Part shown: piece by piece, positions 51,942 through 59,791 of the stretch | Position numbering within the stretch: position 1 is the first letter of the stretch | Layout of the letters: the number at the start of each line of letters is the position of its first letter | Assembly: GCA_965116905.1 (NCBI GenBank) | Contig: OZ220732.1 | Span: forward strand, 864,001-928,000 | Source of the DNA: Longimicrobiales bacterium | GTDB taxonomy: Bacteria > Gemmatimonadota > Gemmatimonadetes > Longimicrobiales > Gaopeijiaceae | Direction of reading: 5' to 3' | Length of the DNA: 64,000 nt | Notes under the pieces: model-generated | The model's input: the letters and a program-made list of their open reading frames with translations, nothing else | The model's database searches: none | What the model was told of the DNA's origin: nothing | Made by a program: the position numbers and the translations under genes

Positions 51942-53004
51942 GGGAAGCCCTTCCCGCCATCCCCTGGACGATTCGGTCGGCGGTGAGCACGGCGAGAATG
52001 ACCAGCGCCTCGATCCCGCGGACCCAGACTTCCGGCACGCCCGCCTCACGCTGCATCGCCCCGCCCCCGGCGCTCAGCGCCCCGAAGACGATGGCCGTGA
52101 CCACGACCGCGAGGGGGTGAAGCCGCGCAAGGAGCGCCACCGCGATCGCCGTGTAGCCCCAGCCCGGTGAGAGTCCCTCGTACATGCGGTGGGTGACGCC
52201 CGCGATCTGGATCCACCCCGCAAGCCCCGCGATCGCGCCCGACACGAGGAAGGACAGCCATACGACGGGCGCCACGCTGAACCGGCCGCTCACTTCCGCG
52301 GCCTTGACCGAGGCGCCGGCCGCGCGAAGCCGGAACCCGCCGGGCGTGCGGGTCAGGTAGAGCCAGAGACCCACGGCGATCAGGACACCGAGCAGGAAGC
52401 CCACGTGGAGCCGCGTGTCGGGGAGCAGGGCGGGCAGATGGGCGGCCGCGGGGATCTCGTCGGTCTGGTTGAACACGCCGCGCGACTCGCGCAGGGGCCC
52501 CTGCACGAGGAACTGGGCGAGGAACAGGGCCACGAAGTTCATGAGCAGGGTGGTGATCACCTCTCCCACGCCCATCCCGGTCTTCATCGCCGCCGGGACC
52601 GACGCCCACAGTGCGCCGGCGGCCGCTGCCGCGAGGAGGGTGACGGGGAGGACGACCAACGCGCCCGCGCCGGGGAGGGCGAGTGCGACGGCGACGCCGG
52701 CCAGCGCGCCCGCGTGCAACTGTCCCTCGGCACCGATGTTCCAGACGCGGGCGCGGAAGGCGAACGCGACGGCCAGGCCGGTGAGGAGCAGGGGCGTGGC
52801 CCGCACCAGCGTGAACGAGACGAAACGGTCCCATGAGCCGAAGGCGCCCCGTGCGAGGGCGGCGAAGGCCTCGCCGGGTGAGTGGCCACCGAGCGCGAGG
52901 AGCACGGCCGCGACGGCCAGGGTGGCGAGGACGGCGGCCGCGGCGGTGATGATTGCCAAGAACTGGGGTCGAAGCCGCGCGGGGGTGGCGCGCAAACGGC
53001 TCAC
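51934..53004 (-). CDS. ABC transporter permease (nucleoside/simple sugar type)
   Basis: WNIGAEGQ, EVITTLLMNF and GWGYTAIAVALLA motifs. Confidence 0.92.
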   Translation of the reverse strand: MSRLRATPARLRPQFLAIITAAAAVLATLAVAAVLLALGGHSPGEAFAALARGAFGSWDRFVSFTLVRATPLLLTGLAVAFAFRARVWNIGAEGQLHAGALAGVAVALALPGAGALVVLPVTLLAAAAAGALWASVPAAMKTGMGVGEVITTLLMNFVALFLAQFLVQGPLRESRGVFNQTDEIPAAAHLPALLPDTRLHVGFLLGVLIAVGLWLYLTRTPGGFRLRAAGASVKAAEVSGRFSVAPVVWLSFLVSGAIAGLAGWIQIAGVTHRMYEGLSPGWGYTAIAVALLARLHPLAVVVTAIVFGALSAGGGAMQREAGVPEVWVRGIEALVILAVLTADRIVQGMAGRASRD

Positions 53005-54563
53005 GAGGCGGATCCCGTGCCCGCGCTCAGCATCAGCGCGCCGATCGCGGTGGGGTTGTGGTCCTCGAGCGGGACGGGAATGAGCCGGCCCCGCACCATC
53101 ACGGCGATCCGGTCCGCGAGCTCCAGCACTTCATCGAGATCGGCCGAAATCAGCACGACGCCGGGGGGGCTGTCGCCGGCACTCACGAGATCCGCTAGGC
53201 GCGCCCGCACCGCCCGGGTTGCCTTCACGTCGAGGCCGCGCGTGGGCGATTCAGCCACGAGCAGCTCTCCGGCCCGCAGGAACTCTCGTCCCGTAACGAC
53301 CTTCTGCTGGTTGCCGCCCGACAGGGTGCGCGCCCGTGCATCGGGCGATCCCGCCCGCACGTCCATCTCGTCCACGAGCGCGGCGGACCGATCGCCTATG
53401 GCTGCCCAGTCGAGCCAGGGACCCTTGCGGTACGCGGCCTTCCCATGGAGGGCCAGCGCCACGTTCTCCGCAATTGTGAAACGCTTCACAAGCCCTTCCT
53501 CGCCTCGGTCCTGCGGAATCCACCCGACTTCATGCGGCAACACAGCCGTGCCCGCATCCGGCTTGACCATCCCGGCCAGCACCGCCGCCAGCGCCCGCTG
53601 TCCGTTCCCATCGACCCCGGCGACCCCCAGGATCTCGCCGCGATGCACGGTCAGGCTGATGTCGCGAAGGGGAAAGGCGCCTGGGGAATCGGCGGTCACG
53701 CCGATCAAAGCAGCCGCCGGGCCGCCGCAGTCGTCAGCCTCGTCGCGGTCCCCTGCCTCGTCGCGGTCCCCTGCCCGGTCACGGTCGCCCGCCCGGGCGC
53801 GGTCACCCGCCCCTTCCCGGTCGCCCACCCCGCCACCGGCCGCCTCCCCGATCATCGCTGCCGCCAGTCCGGGTGCCGAGACCGTCGCCGCGGCCGCGGT
53901 CAGCACGCGCCTTCCGCGCCTCAGCACCGTGACCCGGTCGGCCACCGCCAGCACTTCGTCCAGCTTGTGCGCCACCAGCACGATCGAAGTGCCGGTACCC
54001 GCGACCTCACGAAGCACGGCGAACAGCCCGTCCACCTCCTGCGGGGCCAGCACGGCGGTAGGCTCGTCGAGCAAAAGCACGCGTGTCTCGCTCATCAGCG
54101 CCTTCAGGATCTCGATCCGCTGGCGCTGCCCCACCCCCAACCGGTCGACCGGCTCGTCGAGCGCCACATCGAGCCGCAGTTCGCGGGCGCGGGCCTCCAC
54201 GCGCTCGCGGTAGGTGTGCTCAACGGTGCCCCGCCGCGTCCACGCCTCCCCGTTGAACAGCACGACGTTCTCGAACCCCGTGAATCGTGGCACGAGCGAG
54301 AAGTGTTGGTGCACCATCGCCACGCCAAGTGCCCGGGCGTCGCGGGCGCTCCTCAACTCAACGGACCGCCCCCCGATCTCCACGCGGCCCGCGTCCGCCA
54401 CCAGCAGACCGCCGAGAATGTTCGCCAGCGTGGTCTTGCCGGCCCCGTTCTCGCCAAGCAGTCCGTGGATCTCACCCGACGCGACCTCGAAGTCGACCGC
54501 GTCCAGGGCCGTGACGGGGCCGAAGCGCCTTGTGATGCTGTCGAGTCGCCCAGCGGCTGTCAC
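53001..54563 (-). CDS. ABC transporter ATP-binding protein (two fused NBDs)
   Basis: GENGAGKTT, LDEPTAVL, LSGGNQQK and PTRGLD motifs. Confidence 0.95.
   Translation of the reverse strand: MTAAGRLDSITRRFGPVTALDAVDFEVASGEIHGLLGENGAGKTTLANILGGLLVADAGRVEIGGRSVELRSARDARALGVAMVHQHFSLVPRFTGFENVVLFNGEAWTRRGTVEHTYRERVEARARELRLDVALDEPVDRLGVGQRQRIEILKALMSETRVLLLDEPTAVLAPQEVDGLFAVLREVAGTGTSIVLVAHKLDEVLAVADRVTVLRRGRRVLTAAAATVSAPGLAAAMIGEAAGGGVGDREGAGDRARAGDRDRAGDRDEAGDRDEADDCGGPAAALIGVTADSPGAFPLRDISLTVHRGEILGVAGVDGNGQRALAAVLAGMVKPDAGTAVLPHEVGWIPQDRGEEGLVKRFTIAENVALALHGKAAYRKGPWLDWAAIGDRSAALVDEMDVRAGSPDARARTLSGGNQQKVVTGREFLRAGELLVAESPTRGLDVKATRAVRARLADLVSAGDSPPGVVLISADLDEVLELADRIAVMVRGRLIPVPLEDHNPTAIGALMLSAGTGSAS
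53738..53825. repeat. In-frame 18-bp tandem repeat in the ABC ATPase linker
   Basis: Encodes GDREGA-GDRARA-GDRDRA-GDRDEA-GDRDEA. Confidence 0.8.
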
Positions 54564-55567
54564 AAGCCTTCCACGAACTCGATCCGCGGCACCTCCAGCG
54601 TCCCCGCGACGATCTCCTCCCGGGCCCTGTCAATGGCGGCGAGCACGTCATCCGGGATCACCCCCTCCTGAACCGGATTGGGCACGAAGTCCACAGCGCC
54701 CGCCGCGATCCCCGAGTAAAGAACGTCGTCGGACAGGGTCCCCGCCGCCCATGCCGTCGCCGTCCTCAGGAACATGGCCGGAATGTCGATCACCGCGCTC
54801 CCCACGATCACGTCGGGGGCCACGTCGTTCTGGTTGCGGTTCATCCCGAACGCCCACGCCTCGCGTCCGCCTTCGCGGGCCTCGCGCACCGCCTGGAAGA
54901 AGCCGAAACTGGCTGCGTCCACGTTGTGAATCAGCACGTCCGCTCCCTGCCTCAGCTGGGCGGCGGCCGCCTCCTTGGCCGCGGACACATCGTCCCAGTT
55001 GCCGATGAAGGTCTCGAACACCGTCGCGTCCGGGTTCACCGCTCTCACTCCGGCCTCAAACGCGACGAAAGTGCCCTTGGCCGAGGGGATTTCGACGCCG
55101 CCCACCATGCCGAGCACGCCGCTCTGACTGACCGAGGCCGCCGCCATCCCCGCCAGGTAGGTCGCCTCGTTGAGGTGGAAGATGAGTGGCACCACGTTCG
55201 CCGACGGGCGCGACCCCGACGAGATCACGAACGTGACGTCGGGATACTGCTCAGCGGCGCGGCTGGCCGCGTCCTGGTACTCGAATCCGTGCCCGAAGAT
55301 CAGGCCGTAGCCGGCCTCGGCATAGGAGATGAAAGCCTCGTCGAACTCGGCCGGAGTCCGCGTCTGCTGGTGCGAGATCCGGAACCCCAGAGAGTCGCCG
55401 ATGAAGTGCAGGCCCTCGTACGCGCCAGCGTGCCAGCCTGCGTCGCTGACAGGGCCAGAGGTGAGCAGGGCGACGGAGGGGGTGGCGTCGAGGACCTTGT
55501 CTTGGACGGTGCACGCAGGGATGGCGACCAGGAGAACCGTGCTCGCCCAGGACGGTAAACGGGTCAT
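54560..55567 (-). CDS. BMP family ABC substrate-binding lipoprotein
   Basis: Lipobox-like IPAC, GPVSDAGW, GHGFEY, YLAGMAA and GNWDDVSAAKEAA motifs. ATG at 55567. Confidence 0.9.
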   Translation of the reverse strand: MTRLPSWASTVLLVAIPACTVQDKVLDATPSVALLTSGPVSDAGWHAGAYEGLHFIGDSLGFRISHQQTRTPAEFDEAFISYAEAGYGLIFGHGFEYQDAASRAAEQYPDVTFVISSGSRPSANVVPLIFHLNEATYLAGMAAASVSQSGVLGMVGGVEIPSAKGTFVAFEAGVRAVNPDATVFETFIGNWDDVSAAKEAAAAQLRQGADVLIHNVDAASFGFFQAVREAREGGREAWAFGMNRNQNDVAPDVIVGSAVIDIPAMFLRTATAWAAGTLSDDVLYSGIAAGAVDFVPNPVQEGVIPDDVLAAIDRAREEIVAGTLEVPRIEFVEGL

Positions 55568-55719
55568 GGTGGTCTCGCGCCGTGTATGGTGGGAGGTGGA
55601 CCGGCCAGCATCTTTGAGGCCGGTGAGAAGCGAGGTGTACAAAAGATAGTACGGTGGCACGCCGCATGGGGTCGGCGCAGGCCCCTGAAACCTCTCGGTT
55701 CAGTTCACGGGAGACACCG

Positions 55720-56037
55720 CGGACCGCCGGGCGCAAGAACGGGCTGGGCGGGGGCCTTAGGTAGTGATCCTGGACCGCGCTCGTCCGGCGATTCTGGTTG
55801 ACGAGTTGAGTGACCTGGGTTCGCGGGTAGCCCGTCACCTTGTCAAGAAGCCGCTTCACCAAGCCCTTGCCATCCCCCTCGGAGCCGTGTCAAAGGGGAG
55901 ACCAGCGTCTGGCGAACGAAAACGTAGGCGAGGTCCAGTCCGCCGACTTCGATGTCGACCGCCTCCGTTCCCCCTCGAAGCAAGGCCCGCCTGTACCCGA
56001 GGATCCGAATCCGTTCGGCGTGAAGTATCTCGATCAT
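55720..56037 (-). pseudogene. Degraded N-terminal fragment of an integrase-domain IS transposase
   Basis: MIEILHAERIRILG...TEAVDIEV...AYVFVRQTLV in one frame continues in another frame as VKRLLDKVTGYPRTQVTQLVNQNRRT...PPPSPF. This resembles the N-terminus of a transposase family recalled as KGLVKRYLxKVTGxSRAQxTRLI. No catalytic domain is present. Confidence 0.6.
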
Positions 56038-56654
56038 TCGCAAAGGACATCTTCGCCCTGCGCCTAGGCTCACCTTTTGCTGGAGACCGCCCTCGCGTTG
56101 AGCTCATTTCTGGTGGTGGACGACTCATAGTTGCCTGAGATCGGTGGACAGGATACCTTGTCGGGGGCGTAGCGGGGGGCAATTCGGGAAGCTCGGCGAG
56201 TTGGCGGATGTGCCTAGGCGACCCGAGGCTCGGGATAGCTTCTGCACCCGCCCAAATCCATCCGTCGCGCCATTAGGCCTTCGTGAGGGCTGGCGCGGCA
56301 CTCCCGCGTTTCACTGCGACGAAGATACGGCGATGATCCGAGACTGACCCGCTTCTCCTATTCCATGCTCTATACCGACAAGAACAGATCACGCTCACGA
56401 CTTTGGGTAAGGTTGTGCAATCATTTGATGTCACACAAACACCAACTCGAATGCCTTTCGCCTATCGAAGCTTAACTGTGCAATCGCAATTGGGGTTGCT
56501 GCCATTCAAGCGCTTTGTCACTTAGGCGGCTAGAGGATCCGACGACCCCGCGAAACCAAGACCGCTATTCACTTCTAAGTGGGGTGCAAAAGTATGTGCA
56601 ACGCGCCCAGCCGACTTTGAGGACAGAGTCGCCGATGACAAAAGGAATTGCCTC

Positions 56655-57218
56655 ATGAGCAAGACATCGGGAAGTGGCACAGAACGGGAGGAAGACCTGA
56701 TCAATGAGGTTGAAGATTGGGTACGGAAGTGCTGGCTCAACATGGTGGGCGTTGCCAAGCGCCAGGGATGGGAGGCGGATGAAGCCGAGGACATAGCGCA
56801 GAGTGCCGCAGTGACGGCGCTCGAAATTGCAAGGCACGAGCCGGAACGGTTGGGCGCGGTGCGGGATATCTGCTGTCGGTGGATGTGCGGAGTCGCTTGG
56901 AACGTAGGACGGGCTGCTCGCACGAAGAGCGAGAGGCGGAAGAGGATTCTGCAGGAGAGCGCTCAGGAAGTCCGACAGATGCTCGCTCCCAGATTCGAGT
57001 CGGATGGGATGATGAGCTCTCGGTGGGTCAGAGTTTGGGATGCTGCGGGGAGGGCTCTTCCTCCGCGGCAAGCGGAGGTCGTCCGACTGATCCTGCAGCG
57101 CCAGATGGATGACGCCGAAGTGGCAGCGATACTCGACATCTCGGAGACGACTGCCCGGTGGCACCGAAATGAGGCCACCAAGACCCTGAGGCGAGTCCTG
57201 AGCCAGCAAGAGCAGTGA
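56655..57218 (+). CDS. Divergent ECF-like sigma-70 factor
   Basis: AAAGGA RBS; region 2-like EAEDIAQSA...RWMCGVAWN; region 4-like LPPRQAEVVRL...DAEVAAILDISETTARWHRNEA. Confidence 0.75.
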   Translation: MSKTSGSGTEREEDLINEVEDWVRKCWLNMVGVAKRQGWEADEAEDIAQSAAVTALEIARHEPERLGAVRDICCRWMCGVAWNVGRAARTKSERRKRILQESAQEVRQMLAPRFESDGMMSSRWVRVWDAAGRALPPRQAEVVRLILQRQMDDAEVAAILDISETTARWHRNEATKTLRRVLSQQEQ

Positions 57219-57551
57219 GTCTCGAAGATTGGCTTAGCCCAGCTAAGCGAGGGAGGCGAGCCCTCAACTCGAGTTCTCGATGCCCATTGACAGGTTTGGG
57301 CTATCTGGCGTCGATAGAAACTGCGCGCGCGGGCACGTCTTGCGCTCATCGGTGGCCTCCACCGGATGATGAATCTGGCGCCGGGCCACGGTGGCCGACC
57401 CAACAGAATGGATCCTTCATGACCACTATAGGGTAGATCGGCGGGCACGTAACAGTAAGCCGCAGCACCCGGAATGGCAGCAGCCAAAGCGAAACCAACC
57501 GATGATTCTCCTCCAACTTCGCGGGACGCCGCTGGTGTTGGCACTCCCAAT

Positions 57552-58160
57552 ATGAGAAGCGCGCCGTTGCGTTCTCGGTCATGGACGGTGGCCGTCAGCG
57601 TTCTTCTGATCACCGCGACCGCGCTCATTGTACGGTCCAGATCCGTAAACCGGGAATTGCGAGCTTTCTTTGAGATCCAAAGCTCAATCGCCGCGCGAAC
57701 GACGACTCACGACCGCCTAATCGGCACACGAGTGCCATCGCATCTTCGGGGTCAATTGGCCGAGGCTGCGGCAGTTGCTACAGATCAAGGTGCTCGGCTG
57801 CTTTGGATCGTCGACACCGACCGCTGCGGGCGTTGTCTGACCGACGGTTTGGGGGCCTGGAACGCGCTGGCCAAAGACAGCACCCTGGTGAGACAACTGG
57901 TGGTAGTAGGCGACGCCCCGGTTCCTGAGGAGGCCAAGCGTGCGCTGCGAAGTACTCCGGCGATTTCCGTGACCAGGGAAGACCTCCGGACCACGTTCGG
58001 ATCGCTGCTTCCCAACACTAAGATGCTAATAGACGGCAAGGGGATCATTCTCTTGGCCGATTCAAGAAACACCGGCTCGGAGTGCGGCTGGAGCTTCGAT
58101 GCCCAAGTGGGCGCCCTACGTGGGGCGCTCGCTAGCGAACTTGTCCGCAATCAACCTTAA
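57552..58160 (+). CDS. Membrane-anchored thioredoxin-like CxxC protein
   Basis: N-terminal TM helix; LLWIVDTDRCGRCL after a beta-strand; late LPNTKMLIDGKGIIL hairpin typical of redoxin folds. Start is 57552 or 57474. Confidence 0.55.
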   Translation: MRSAPLRSRSWTVAVSVLLITATALIVRSRSVNRELRAFFEIQSSIAARTTTHDRLIGTRVPSHLRGQLAEAAAVATDQGARLLWIVDTDRCGRCLTDGLGAWNALAKDSTLVRQLVVVGDAPVPEEAKRALRSTPAISVTREDLRTTFGSLLPNTKMLIDGKGIILLADSRNTGSECGWSFDAQVGALRGALASELVRNQP

Positions 58161-58179
58161 GATCCGAAAGGGGATCGAA

Positions 58180-58425
58180 ATGGACAGAGTCATCGAGCTT
58201 ATCCGGGTGGCAAGCGCAATCGCGTTGCTTGTCGCGATTACGGTCGGCTCCGGAACCCTAAGCTCAGCGTCCGCCGCAGGGTGGTGCGACGAGGCTGAGT
58301 ACTGCCATTGGGACACACCGGGAAGCTACGACGTCTATGGTGATGGGGAGATGATCGTCGCCTGCGCAACGTCGCACTGTGACTCCACGGAGCAGTGGTG
58401 CTGCCTCGACGGTGCCGAGCACTGA
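58180..58425 (+). CDS. Small secreted six-cysteine acidic peptide (81 aa precursor)
   Basis: AGGGGA RBS before ATG 58180; signal peptide ending ASA; mature AGWCDEAEYCHWDTPGSYDVYGDGEMIVACATSHCDSTEQWCCLDGAEH. Confidence 0.7.
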   Translation: MDRVIELIRVASAIALLVAITVGSGTLSSASAAGWCDEAEYCHWDTPGSYDVYGDGEMIVACATSHCDSTEQWCCLDGAEH

Positions 58426-58508
58426 CCTGGCCTTACTTGGGCGTGGGGGCAAGATCGGCCTTGGGTGCAGCGCAGCTCGAGTGTGTGGTTGCAACTACAA
58501 GTGGGCGG

Positions 58509-59672
58509 TTGCACCTGAGGCCGAAACCTCCAATCGATAGTTCTCTTACCGCACACGGCACGGCCACTGCCCACGGCACAAAATGCGGACCGGTTCCGCG
58601 AACCAGTTGGTTGTCGCTCTTCGCTATCGCCACTGTGCTCGCGGCCTGTGAGGCCGACCCCCACACGGTGCCGTCTCCGCCCTTCGACGAGGTCTTCGCC
58701 TTGGCCGGGACCGTCGAGTTGGCGGAATCACCGACGGATTCGGTGGCTCAAATCGGTATGTTCCGGGAGCGCCGAGCCGGCGGATTCCTCATTTCCGACA
58801 GGCTGCTGCCTCGGATACGTCGCTATTCGGAAGACGGCGCGCTCGAGGCTGCGTTCGGGAACTTCGGCGACGGCCCGTGGGAGTTCCGCCGTATGGGCGG
58901 GTTTGCGGAGACGACCTCTGGACACGTCGTGGTGGCCAACTGGCGCAATTCGTGGCTCAGCTATCTGACGCCGGCGCTGACTCCGGACACCATCGTTCCG
59001 GTTCCGGGCTTGGCGGTCTTCGGAGTGGAAGCCTTCGCCGATGGTGTGATTCTTTACGGAGTGAGAAGCGTCGTGCTGGCCACCATGGGCGGGCGCGAGG
59101 AACGTGGACACCTTCATCGGCTCGTCGCCGATTCGATTGCATGGAGCGCATGGACTTCGAGGACTGACGACAAGCCCTACTGGAACGGCCTGGGTGGCGG
59201 TCGCTCGGTGACCATCGCCGGTGATTCAATATTCGTCATGGAACCACTGCTCTACCCCGCCACCATCCTGAATGGTGCGGGCGATTCCGTCGGCACCATC
59301 GGCTACCCATCCCCCTCCTTCCGCCAGATACCGGAGATTCCGCGTGGCTATTTTGCAGGCGAGCAGAGCGGGTCAAGGGTCCGGGAGGTGTTGCGGAGCT
59401 ACGACCTGGTGAGGCGAATCAATGTCGTCGCAGACGACTACCTGGTCTTCACAATCGGTCGGCCGGATCCGGCGAAACCCACGTTCCCATTTCGCAAGAT
59501 GGACACCGCTGTGGAGGTTTACGATCGCCGCTCTGGCGAGAAGCTCTACAGGGACGTTGACCTTCCGGAGGGGTCGAAGGTCCTCGGCGGGGGTCGCTAC
59601 CTGTACGTGCTTCTCGATCCAGATTTTCCGCCTTGGCGCATCGCGAAATACCGGCTATTGGCCGAAGACTGA
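58509..59672 (+). CDS. Six-bladed beta-propeller (NHL-like) lipoprotein
   Basis: Lipobox LAAC (Cys codon 58647); NHL-like FLISDR...IRRYSEDG...FGNFGDGPWEFRR. True start uncertain; the ORF is open from 58395. Confidence 0.7.
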   Translation: MHLRPKPPIDSSLTAHGTATAHGTKCGPVPRTSWLSLFAIATVLAACEADPHTVPSPPFDEVFALAGTVELAESPTDSVAQIGMFRERRAGGFLISDRLLPRIRRYSEDGALEAAFGNFGDGPWEFRRMGGFAETTSGHVVVANWRNSWLSYLTPALTPDTIVPVPGLAVFGVEAFADGVILYGVRSVVLATMGGREERGHLHRLVADSIAWSAWTSRTDDKPYWNGLGGGRSVTIAGDSIFVMEPLLYPATILNGAGDSVGTIGYPSPSFRQIPEIPRGYFAGEQSGSRVREVLRSYDLVRRINVVADDYLVFTIGRPDPAKPTFPFRKMDTAVEVYDRRSGEKLYRDVDLPEGSKVLGGGRYLYVLLDPDFPPWRIAKYRLLAED

Positions 59673-59791
59673 TATCCGGGTCATAGCGTCCGGTAGCCGA
59701 CCTCGCCGACCCGCGTTATCTGGTGGCCCCCGCCGGGCGAGGGTAGAATACAGGCGCGAATCGCGTTGACCCCCCTGCCCGGAAGCCCCTC

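Noticed and set aside
55655..55669. Sigma-54 promoter TGGCACG-N4-ATGG
   Set aside because: The -12 element lacks the conserved GC and no plausible plus-strand gene lies immediately downstream.
57215..57436. 73-aa ORF overlapping the sigma stop, as a candidate anti-sigma
   Set aside because: No TM helix, no HxxxCxxC motif and no recognisable fold; cannot be supported as coding.
56655..59672. Bufferin or other enzyme-modified RiPP cluster
   Set aside because: No DUF692/MNIO, DUF2063, DoxX, radical SAM, YcaO or lanthipeptide enzyme nearby; only disulfide-type maturation can be argued.
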